64,000 nucleotides of DNA from Schmidtea polychroa (Eukaryota). Shown piece by piece: positions 50,030-60,114 of the stretch. A program made the position numbers and the translations under genes. Where the stretch lies: contig CM097885.1 in NCBI GenBank assembly GCA_044892525.1, positions 222,518,001 through 222,582,000 of the forward strand. Reading direction: 5' to 3'. Position 1 is the stretch's first letter, and each line of letters begins with the position of its first letter. The notes under the pieces are model-generated. The model worked only from the letters and a program-made list of their open reading frames with translations. It made no database searches and was not told where the DNA came from.

Positions 50030-50160
50030 CATTCGTACAATCGCTCAAAAAAAGATATGTGAAGCATTATTGATAAGAACTTTTAATCCTAAAATCAATG
50101 TGCACAATGCAGTGAATACGTGTGCGTTGAATGTTTTAAATTAAGATTTTGTATGTTGAT
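50030..50160 (+). mobile_element. Penelope 3' end fragment
   Basis: ICEALLIRTFNPKINVHNAVNTCALNVL matches the C-terminus of the Penelope endonuclease ORF at 20771-20900 (ICDALLIKSLNPKIIVQNAVNTCILSVF). Confidence 0.8.
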
Positions 50161-50418
50161 ATATATTGATTAATAGTTATGTTAAATAATTAAAAAAATA
50201 ATTAAAATAATATTTTTTAAAGTATTTTAAAAGTTTAAAATAATTGTTTGTTGAAAATGTTGAATGTCACTTTAAAGAATATAATATAATAATGACCATT
50301 TATAAATATTATCTGATTGTTTTTTTTAATTTTAAGCTTTGCTCATCATATATGAATCATATATTTATTAAACATTTCATTTATATTCATTTAAGATTAA
50401 TTATTAAAATTGTGTAAT

Positions 50419-51005
50419 AGTAGTAGTGTAAATAGTAGTAGTGTAATAGTACCCCCTCCCTCGGGTGGGAAAATTAAAAAAATATTTTCAAGGTCAAATT
50501 TTAAACAAAGACATATAACACATCAAAGTCATTGAAACAAAGACCATGACTCATCCGATGACTCATTCCAGGTCATTCTCAAGATCGTATGACTCATCCG
50601 ATGATTCATCAATAAATTATTATTATTTTTAAAAATATTATTAATTGAGCTAGCGGTGACCTACTTTTTGGCACTACTATCATCTGATTCCATTGAACGA
50701 TGGTTCATTTTAAAGCCCACTACAAGACCTTTCGAATGAGGTAAGTACCACTATTTTTAAAGCTATTGACAATTTTCCAAGACCATGTTTCAATGTCTTA
50801 TTATTAATTTTCAAAATATTATTATTATTTTATTATTATTTTCAAAAATATCCTTTTTCCAAGGTCATATTATTTTTCAAGGACATATTATAATTTTTCA
50901 AGGTCATATTTTAAAATTTTATATTTTCAGAATTCCCGTCAACGGAATTTATTAAACGATGGTTCATTTAAAGCCCACTGCAAGACCTTTTCGAATGTGC
51001 TATAG
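50419..51005 (+). repeat. Left TIR of Polinton A
   Basis: Colinear with the reverse complement of 54812-55373. It contains two internal copies of aacgatggttcatt(t)taaagcccact.caagacct(t)ttcgaatg. Confidence 0.9.
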
Positions 51006-51036
51006 ACATCAATCTTATCATCATTAATTTTATAGA

Positions 51037-51110
<74 letters not shown>

Positions 51111-51498
51111 TTATTATTATTTTCAAAGTTTTATTATTTCAATCAGATATATAGTTGCATGCTCACTGCAAACTAAAGTAAATATGAACATTATTATCAT
51201 ATTAAATAAAAATAAGAAACTTTATAAAAATTTTAATTCTTTTAATGGCTCAACATAAAGTCTTAACCCACAATAAAAGCATTACAAGTTTTCAATAATA
51301 AAAAACAATTTTTAATATTCTTTCTATGTTTAAACATTTTTGGGAATTTTTTATAATATTACACAATAACATAATGTTTAAACATAGAAAGAAATGTTAA
51401 AACTATAACGAGTTTTCAATAATAAAAAGGTTTTCTAATATAAAATTCAATACAAATCAATGTTTTTATAAAAATATAATAATTGAACATCATCAATG

Positions 51499-53590
51499 TC
51501 AATATAACCCATCATCAAAATCCGGACTATTTCCATCAAAAAGTGGCCCAACTTCAAATATTTGGTCATCATCCGGAACATCAATCCCTAAATAGTGACC
51601 ATATGCCAGACTGGAATTAGGCCCCACCCATAGTCTCTTGTAATCGTTGTTCGACAAGGCTATTTTACTATTCTTAAAAGTAAAGAGCTGGTGAATACGG
51701 GTTCTTATTTTCGTTTGTGTCACTCTATATACTACGCTGTTGTTGTAGCAGTCTAAATAAGAATGGTGCCCTATCTCAATATTTAATAACTTGACTCCCT
51801 TAGCCCTGAGTGTTGCCTTATCTCCTAACAAACTATAACACTTAGGGCGCAAGAAATCCTACTCGCTATAGCCCAGCCCTTTACTTTTGTCCTTAAATTT
51901 GCCTTAAATTTGCCTATTAAATTTGCCTAAATTCAAACCTGTACTTGGTCAATTCCACATACTGTAGTTGATACATTCTTAGTTTAGACAGGTCTAGCAT
52001 TGATTGTCCTATGTAACTAAGCCTGTCTAAACATATGGAATCTTTATTCAGATGGGCGGCAATCAAGTCATCATCAATTTTGATTGATTTCCTGAAAGTC
52101 GTCTTTGAGGCATATAGAATCATCTTTTCAGTTGAATTGCTTAGCCTCAAATTCATCCGCTTTTTCAGATTCTCCACCGATTTCCCATACAAGCTAATAT
52201 TAAATAATTTTTTTAGATCCCTATATAATTCACATGTGGAAATAACCCGTAAGTCTGTGTTTATATATATATCTATGTACATTATTAATAATAGCCCCCA
52301 ATTCTATATACATCTTGAGAAGCCGCCAATGAAGAACATGGTTCTTCTTTGGCCAATGCGTGAGCATCAGCTTCTCAACTTTCGAATTTGCCAGGCACAT
52401 CTTTTCCTATGCAATCGAAATATCATTCAGAAACTCATGCAAACAATCAGGGATATCAATATCGACCTTCATAGTATAGCCATATGGAAGATTATCGATA
52501 TCAGCATTCTTACATTCATTCAAGACATCATCCAGATTGTCATACACCCATTGAAAGTCAGCATACGGCAGGTTTTGGCTAAGAGCCCAACCAGATTATT
52601 TACATCAATGTATAAGAGTTCTGTGTCTTCAGAACGTGCAACATAATGTTTATTAAATGTTAACCCACCCCGTAACCTTCCTTCATAGAAATTATACATT
52701 TCCATCTCCTGCAGAAGTTCTATGGGTTCCGTTAATGTCATAAGCACTGAGGCCCATGACATACCGGGGATTCCATAAAAATTAAGAGGCTCGAGATCAT
52801 TGTAAGCAATTGCCTTTTCACGGAATTGCTGAAAATAATCTGCGAGGAGAAACACGTCTAACTTCAGGTAAGTTAACATGTAATCTAACATGTTGTTGCA
52901 GATTTGCTAAGTCCAAATAACTTGTGCAAAAAGAACTTGGGCACACTCATCATTAGACACAGAATTCCAGATAAGAGGTAGTTCAAGAGTCGATTACAGA
53001 TCCTCAAGAAATGTGGCGAAGTCATAAGGAAAAATACCTTTGGCTCGAACTATTGCGTCATCAAAGACAGAAGAAGTTAAAGGCAAATCGGAAAGTGTCT
53101 TAACCGCTTTTGCTAAAGATGAATTAACAAACTGCATGCTGTCAATAAAACGAACAGGCAATTTGTTAATATACGCTATGACAGAGATGAATTTTTCCGT
53201 AGTAGTCGGAATAATATTTAATTCCCAAGAAGGAAAATTATTCAGACCATACTTCAAAATATGATGGAGATCATACTCCCTCAAATTATGATAGACAATA
53301 GGTAACTGTCTCTGAATTCGCCGAGACACATTACAATTCCTACAAGCAGCACCAAAATACTTACCTGAGAAGTGGCAATGGTCCCTTACTCTATGTATAA
53401 TAGATTTCTTGCAAAGATAACAGGTCCTGGAATATCGAAAAGCCCGCTCTTCAGTGAAAGATTAGGTTTGAATAGGTTTTCGCCCATTCATTTCGTAATA
53501 CGGCAGGACAATTGTGACAGCAATTTCCTCAACCTTACGAAGGAAAGACAACACACAATCCTCACCAACAAACTCATAATAAAATCTAGA
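51499..53590 (-). pseudogene. Protein-primed DNA polymerase B (pPolB) of Polinton A
   Basis: CYLCKK...VRDHCHFSGKYFGAACRNCN; LPIVYHNLREYDLH; RFIDSMQF...SSL; KGIFPYD; YLKLDVFLLAD; RGG...LLYIDVNNL; LYGKSVEN; YIGQSMLDLSK; LRPKCYS...AKGV. Frameshifted; the YxDTDS segment is missing. Confidence 0.95.
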
Positions 53591-53615
53591 TTTATTACAA
53601 TTATTAATTAATAAC

Positions 53616-53920
53616 ATGCCTGCTGTTATTGGCAAGCGTTAGTAATGACTACAGAATAGGACCAAAAATAATAAATAATAATTAATTACCGAATTATTTA
53701 TTATTTAGAAGATTTAGGATTCGATGAAACTGATAAGGAAGTCACTGAAGAAATTGGTGTTGATGATGACGACGACACTCAAGAAATTGATGAGGAACCT
53801 ATAGATGAACCTAATGATACGGAAAATATTATGAATGATAACGATTGTAACGATTGTGTAGATCATGTCGTTGAAAATGTTATGAAATGTGGAGATGACG
53901 ATTGCGAGTGTGTTAATTAA
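53616..53920 (+). CDS. Unknown small acidic protein with C-terminal Cys cluster (copy 1), probably spliced
   Basis: Open frame 53708-53920: EDLGFDETDKEVTEEIGVDDDDDTQE...NDCNDCVDHVVENVMKCGDDDCECVN*. Acceptor tttAG at 53708. Candidate exon 1 starts at ATG 53616 with a weak phase-1 donor at 53638. Confidence 0.6.
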
Positions 53921-53983
53921 TAAATTTTAAAATTTATTTATTTCTTTTAAAGAAAAAACAACGTAACTACATTAATTTTAATT

Positions 53984-54477
53984 TTAAAATTTACAAATAA
54001 TATACAAGATGGCAACACCTGTTGCAAGTTTAATATAGTTTTTAAACTTCGTATTTTGCTGATCGATTTACCTGGCATTTCGGGCCAGTTCATTGAGTGT
54101 ACCCCATCCACCATTGGCTTCTATCCATGGAGTAAACTTGGACTTGATTATCTAAATATGAATATTATTAATATATAGATAATAACTAAAAACTTACTTC
54201 TTGAGACCACTATTAGTAATTCTCTGAGTCCCATGAACTTTTATCTATAATAATTTTCATAAAAGTGAACCCTACAATTATTCGGGTTCACTTCATTTCG
54301 TCATCGAATAGGCAATTGAAGATTCTATTGAAGCAGAACTTCTTCGTCTCCAGAAAATCCATATCCAGTATGTTCTGGTAATCAATATGATTCCCTTAAA
54401 TGATTTCTTCAGTCTTCCGTAAGGATTGTATTGACGAGCTCATTTAGCAAGTTGTCGATAAAATTAGGTTGCGACAT
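53984..54477 (-). pseudogene. Bcl-2-family gene (copy A) inside Polinton A, two exons
   Basis: Exon 1: MSQPNFIDNLLNELV...FNRIFNCLFDDEMK*TRIIVGFTF...WSQE (BH1-like). A 46-nt GTAAGT...TTTAG intron (54197-54152) follows. Exon 2: IIKSKFTPWIEANGGW (BH2)...YIKLATGVAILYIICKF* (hydrophobic tail). One frameshift and five in-frame stops. Confidence 0.85.
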
Positions 54478-54600
54478 TTATTTGTTCAATAATTTAAAAT
54501 ATAATGTTTTATTTATACTACTACAGAATTGTGTGCAATATGATTCTGATTGGTTAATAGACTATAAATGTAAAATATATACGTTTTGATTTGATACAAC

Positions 54601-54812
54601 ATGAATACAATATTTCTATTGGTAATCAGTATAATGAGCGTGTGCTCACACAATACAACAATAACGGTGGAGTCTTCAAATAAATCAATATGTGTTTGTC
54701 CAAATACTGCAAAGTTGATGGACTTATATATTATTGACAAACCAAAATGGGCAAAGCATCCAGGAAAAAGAATATCCGAAAGATTGGAGAATTTTGAAAA
54801 CACCTATGACCT
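54601..54812 (+). CDS. Short ORF with signal-peptide-like N-terminus, divergent from Bcl-2 copy A
   Basis: MNTIFLLVISIMSVCS-HNTTITVESSNKSICVCPNTAKL... The frame runs into a (TA)n tract and the right TIR. A CCAAT box (tgattggtt, about 54548) lies in the intergenic spacer. Confidence 0.35.
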
Positions 54813-55373
54813 ATATATATATATATATATATATATAACTCATTCGAAAGGTCTTGCAGTGGGCTTTAAAAGGAACCATTGTTCAATCAAATACATTGGC
54901 GGGAACTCTGACAATTTAAATTATTAAAATATGACTCTGAAAAAAATAATAATATTTTGAAAATTAATATTATGACCTCGAAACATGGTCTTCGAAAATT
55001 GTTAATATCTCTAAATATAATAAGATATTTATAATTCATTCGAAACGTCTTGCAGTGGGCTTTAAAATGAACCATCGTTCAATGAAATCAGATGACAGGA
55101 ACAATAACTTCTGGGGTGCCATAAAATAGGTCACCGCTGGCTCAATTAATAGTATTTTTAAAAATAATAATAATTTATTGATGAGTCATCGGATGCGTAA
55201 TACGACCTTGAGAATGTCCTTGAATGAGTCATCTGGTGAGTCATATGACTTTGGATGAGTCGTCGCGTGAGTCATGGTCTTTGTTTCTATGACCTTGATG
55301 AGTCATATGTCTTTGTTTAAAATTTGACCTTGAAAAAAAAATTTATTTCCCACCCGGGGAGGGGTGGACTACT
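54812..55373 (-). repeat. Right TIR of Polinton A
   Basis: Ends ...GGGGAGGGGTGGACTACT (55373). Reverse complement aligns with the left TIR. Confidence 0.9.
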
Positions 55374-56149
55374 GACCCAGTGGTGACCAATTCATCTACT
55401 TATAGTAAAGTAAGGAAAATAATTTACGGATAAACTTAGTATTGAAAAATTCAAATAAAATAAATTTGTAAATCTAAATAACAGCAAGTCGTTAAATTAG
55501 AATAAAAAATATATTCTCATAATTAAAAGAATTTCATTCATTTTAAATAAAGTTACTATGAAAATAGTGTAAAAATTTTTTTTCAAAATTTTTCAAAGTA
55601 AAACAAACAATTTTAAAATTTCCAATTTCATTTAAACAAAATCAATTGAAATATTTTTCAAAAATTAATTCCCTAATAATGTGGTCGATTCTCGTAGATT
55701 TTTATTGCCATTAACAATTGATCCTAATGAGTAAATTATTTGTTTGTATTGGGCAAGTTTCCATATAATGATTATGAACATCAATACGATTTGCAACAAT
55801 CACCTCTGAATCCCTGTTCGAAATCATCCAACATACAATTAGTGCTTTGTAAGTAAAACAAACAAAATTATTATATTTCTAAATGAAAGTATTAATTTTT
55901 GTTTTCATTTTTTATTAATATATTCGGAGTTTTATTACTAATATTTTTATAAATTTAATTTTATTTTGTAAATATCAATGCATTGTCCAATTTATTTCTG
56001 ATTTAAAATAATTATTAATTCCTTTATAATTTGTTTAAATCATAGATTCGCTATAATTCAGTAATTGTTAACCTGGGTCACTTGTCGCCTTTAATTATTG
56101 TCGTTTTCTTTAAATGCTATTTTTTTCAAATCCATCATGAAAATGAGTT

Positions 56150-57240
56150 CTACAATTACTGCAAAGTAATTTTTAAGTTTTTAGTCAAATACATGTTATG
56201 GTTCAGATACATTTAAACAGACTTCATAGCAATATCTTTCTTCCGTTGAACATATTTTATTGTAGATACCTTCATTTTTTAGTAGAATATAGAATTTTAT
56301 CGTTAAAATCAGATTGCATTGAATATATGTTTAAATTATAATAGATGGTTCTATCCGAAAGGTAATCGACTGGGTAACCTTGGCAAGCAGTTTCTCTTGT
56401 TTAAAGTATCTGGATCCTCTATTTAAAATTTTTTAAATTTCTTTGAATTAAGAGTATTGTCAGGAATATTTGGCTAATTTATCTACTATTATTTATCGTC
56501 TATGACTAATCCACAAAGGTTTACGTATTCGTAATTGGCAACTTCTCCCAACAAAAAGAACGATGATCATTCCATTCAATGGATTCTATCTTGCAGTTTT
56601 AGGAACATGCAGTGCATTACAAGGAAAACATGATATTTCGTGGAATTGTTTTGCGATTGCCTATATTAGTAGCGTCAAACAAAAACATCGGATTTATCAC
56701 TATTTATTGCCGTTCGTTCCGTAATTTATATACATATCTAATTCTTTCAAAAAAACCTTTATTCCATAAATCAAAATCATACAATCCACGTTTATTTGGA
56801 GATTTTTAACGTTGTAGTAATTAAAGGTACAAATGCACATTACAAGCTACAGCTTTGAGGAAATAACAAAGCGTGCTTTAGATTTATTTTTCCAAATCCA
56901 AACCTTGCAATGCTGCACTGATGAATTGAGACAATTGAAAAGTCAAGAGCAATTATTCAATGTTTGAATGTCCACCTGGATAACTAATGTTGGCGCTTTT
57001 ATTGCCATTTGTAATGTTTTACATATTAAAGATTCATCGAATAATGTTGAAATAATATATATATAAAGCGCATGTTGTCTGTATCCTTTTGTTGACTATA
57101 GCAGTTTTATTAGACAACGATGATGGTGTTGGTATATATGGAACTTGTTAATGAAGGAAATGAATACAGAGAATACCATCAAACTTCTTACTATTATCTT
57201 CGAGAACACCTATTTTACCTTTGAATAAAATGTTTATAAA
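56150..57240 (-). pseudogene. pPolB N-terminal region, highly degenerate
   Basis: QVPYIPTPSSLSNKTAIVN...CALY matches the SYIPxP..L..KxAIVN...C motif of Polinton pPolB. Downstream is a C-x2-C...H...C remnant (CTACS*NCKIESIEWNDHRSFC). Confidence 0.6.
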
Positions 57241-57329
57241 TAAGTTAAATGTTTGCCTATGGGTTCTAGCATATCAGGATTGTCAGCAATCATTTTTATG
57301 GATAACCTCGAACGACAAACATTGAGGAC

Positions 57330-57490
57330 TATACAATCCATCGGTTTCTGAGCAAGTTATAAGGATATCTTTATCATAACCAAAAGCAGAATCATCACGT
57401 ATATTTATTTTTATATTGTTTATACATGAGGTTGAGACAGGTAAATACGTGGAATTTTCTATGGTGATTTCTACAACTTCATCCTGTTCT
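57330..57490 (-). pseudogene. Penton (minor capsid) C-terminal fragment
   Basis: EVVEITIENSTYLPVSTSCINNIKINIRDDS, homologous to NNSTYLPTIIKTIDSISFKIVDQ in the 29.3-kb penton. Confidence 0.65.
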
Positions 57491-57529
57491 TGTAGATTTC
57501 AATTGATTGTATTACTTTACTAAATTTAT

Positions 57530-58100
57530 TTCTGATATCCATGTCGGTTTTTGATACCCATGCTACTTGACATAGTATTGTTTATCCTTACCTATCTTTT
57601 TAGTTTTCAATATTTTATGAATTCTAAATACTTTTGGCGAAGGAATAACTTTTAATTCTTGTTCAAAAATTTAACCATCAACCTTTCCATTATTATAGTC
57701 TTTAATGATATACATACTGGATAGTATTGATTTTTGAGATTCTAAAAACATCATTATTCTAGTTTGTATCGAATTTTTTTATGAATGGAGAAGCATTAAT
57801 TTTAATAATTCTAACATGATCAACCATTTTATATTTAGGATTTTTAATTTTTTCAATCTTTTTCGAAAGCTGTAAATCAATAGATTGTTTTGATGAAATA
57901 CCTATATGTCTCAAGCCTTTCAAACCTTGGTGCGACGAATGATCATAACCATATATAGTTTGAGGCAAAGCATTAATCCATGTCTTATTACCTTGATGCG
58001 CAAACAATTCATTCACTTTTTCGAGTGGTAAAATAGTTGTACAAAGTATTCAGATTTCCATACTATTGTTGAAGGAATTATAAACGATGTAAAGGATTTG
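57530..58100 (-). pseudogene. Polinton retroviral-like integrase C-terminal half with chromodomain-like tail
   Basis: KTWINALPQTIYGYDHSSHQGL...KNPKYKMVDHVRIIK...FIKKFDTN, then LKDYNNGKVDG*IFEQELKV...FRIHKILKTKKIGKDKQYYVK*HGYQKPTWI. Confidence 0.85.
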
Positions 58101-58149
58101 ATTTTTTCTCTAACAATTTCTTCAAGTATAACGATTTTTGTAACGAGGA

Positions 58150-58476
58150 TTTGCTCGAATATTTATCTACATGATGGTAATTGTTATTTATTTTAAATTT
58201 TGTTTTTATTTTTATTTAGAAACTATGCTAAACGTGTTGATTGATAAAATCAAAGTTTTTTATCCAAACTTGAACAATTCCTTAATGTATTGTGCTCCAG
58301 AAGTTGTGTTTTACAAATTTTGTGAAATAACTAGAATAAATGTCATAGAATTAATTCATATGGATCATTCTACGATTGCATGTTGCACTGACGATGTTGA
58401 AAATTGTGATTTTTGTACAAATAATATACGGAATACTTGTGGGGATGATAGTTGTACATGTTTTGTGAATCTATAA
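58150..58476 (+). CDS. Unknown Cys-tail protein (copy 2), spliced
   Basis: 43-nt phase-1 GT-AG intron (58177-58219). Exon 2 is uninterrupted: ETMLNVLIDKIK...DDVENCDFCTNNIRNTCGDDSCTCFVNL*. The start of exon 1 is not determined. Confidence 0.65.
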   Translation, partial: FARIFIYMMVIVIYFKFCFYFYLETMLNVLIDKIKVFYPNLNNSLMYCAPEVVFYKFCEITRINVIELIHMDHSTIACCTDDVENCDFCTNNIRNTCGDDSCTCFVNL

Positions 58477-58760
58477 AAATGATAAATACTTTATGTATTA
58501 CTTGTTGAATTGCATAAAAGGTATTGTTGTAATATAAAATATGCATGTATAAAATTATATTAGTTTTGTGATAATATTACCTTACTAACCTACAACCTTT
58601 AAAAATCCTTTATTTGCATACAATAAATCATTTAAGACTTTGTTAATTAGCATAAAATATATTAGTTGATCACGTTTTGATCATATCTGTCATTTAAAAC
58701 CTTTTTACAATAGAATTAGTATAAATATCTTGTTCAAATCATTACTGATTACAACTAAAA

Positions 58761-59325
58761 ATGGATTATCAAATTACAAGTTTGTTGTTCTTTGCAAATA
58801 TTCCATTTAATAGATTTTTAATTTAGGAGTATTGAAGAGAAAAAAATGTTGATGCTGCTCAAGAATTTGGAAAATGGAAATTTATAGAAGAGACATTATC
58901 TTTGGAAACCTTATTCATGGTTCAAGTTGATACAAAAAAGCCTGTAGAAATTGTACAATACAAACAAAATTATTTATATTGTCCAATTTCTTATATATTT
59001 AAGCTAAGTTTTTATAAATTACTTTGGATTTGATTATTTTATTGTTAGGAACCATTAACTCTTGAAAAATGTTTTTATAAAGTGCAATTTTCAAAAATCA
59101 AGTTAAACGATAAGATCAAATTGGGACAATTTTTTCAGAGAATGAACAAAAATATAGAATTCAATGAAGAATAAATGTTTATCAAATGCGATTTGGACGT
59201 AATTCCCAGTGAAGAGATGAGTAAAATAACTTGCATGGTTATAGTACTCATTCAAGGATATAATATAAGCAGAAAAGAAATAAAACCGATTTGGAAGATT
59301 ATAAAAGCTTAAGAAAATTTTGACG
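58761..59325 (+). pseudogene. Unknown spliced gene (about 150 aa) within Polinton B
   Basis: Long nearly open frame NVDAAQEFGKWKFIEETLSLETLFMVQVDTKKPVEIVQYKQNYLYCPISYIFK|EPLTLEKCFYKVQFSKIKLNDKIKLGQF... Two intron-like segments: 58780-58826 (GT-AG, 47 nt) and 59004-59048 (CTAAGT...TTAG, 45 nt, donor apparently mutated). Confidence 0.45.
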
Positions 59326-59436
59326 ACGATTGTTGTATAGTTTCAATCCTATTTTAATAAGTCTTTGGTTAATTGGTCTTTTTAAATAATAATGTCATAA
59401 CTTTTATAAAAATAACTAAATCAAGTTTTAAATTTA

Positions 59437-59828
59437 TTAATTATCACATGTGCAGTTTTGATCTTTACAATTTCCTTTCATCATATTTTAACAACATGAT
59501 CAATACAATTAGGAAAATTATTAGATTCATCTTCTTGTTTAGGTTCATTTGGTGATTTATCAGTTGTAGAATTCTCAATACATGACTTAATTTCTTCACT
59601 AGGTAAATCATTACATTCATAATCATTTGCGTGCTTGCTTTTTTCTTTATTAATTTCATCGTCTGATTACGGTGATTTTAATTTCTCTTGAACATTCATA
59701 AATTCGCTAATTTTTACATTAGACATTTCCTCTAATTTATCAATCAAAAATTTGATAATATATGCTAATTAAAAAAATAATTAAAGATTAAAAAAATCAT
59801 ATTTTACCTTTTTCGACATGGTTGACAT
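59437..59828 (-). pseudogene. Unknown Cys-tail protein (copy 3), spliced
   Basis: MSTMSKK, then a 43-nt GT-AG intron (59807-59765), then YIIKFLIDKLEE...EDESNNFPNCIDHVVK/MMKGNCKDQNCTCDN*. One stop and two 1-nt frameshifts. Confidence 0.7.
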
Positions 59829-59866
59829 AATTTCAAATGAAAAATAATTTTGTATATACCTTAATT

Positions 59867-60061
59867 CAGTGTTTCTCAAACTATGGGTCGCGAAAGAATT
59901 TTTGGTGGGTCGCGATGACTTATGGAAAGATCTACAAATATAAATTTTGGAAGTTTAAGCCTTTTAAATTTATTTAATCTTTGTCATGTGGGTCGCAATA
60001 AAATTTTTGGCATGAAATGTCAAAAATTTGGGTCGTGATCAAAAAAGTTTGAGAACCACTG
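59867..60061. mobile_element. hAT (Charlie/Buster-like) MITE, 195 bp
   Basis: TIRs CAGTGTTTCTCAAAC / GTTTGAGAACCACTG. Perfect 8-bp TSD CCTTAATT (59859-59866 and 60062-60069). Confidence 0.96.
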
Positions 60062-60114
60062 CCTTAATTTGATGAAGTATTATTTAAACAATAACAAACA
60101 TTTACCAAGATTTA

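Larger units (their letters stand above)
50419..55373 (-). mobile_element. Polinton/Maverick element A, internally deleted (about 5 kb)
   Basis: About 560-bp imperfect TIRs (50419-51005 / 54812-55373) with AGTAGT termini followed by (A/C)CCCCTCCC..GGGTGGGAAA. They enclose a protein-primed PolB pseudogene. No TSD found. Confidence 0.92.

Noticed and set aside
52035-53611. Plus-strand ORFs of 203, 74 and 79 aa
   Set aside because: Antisense shadows of pPolB.
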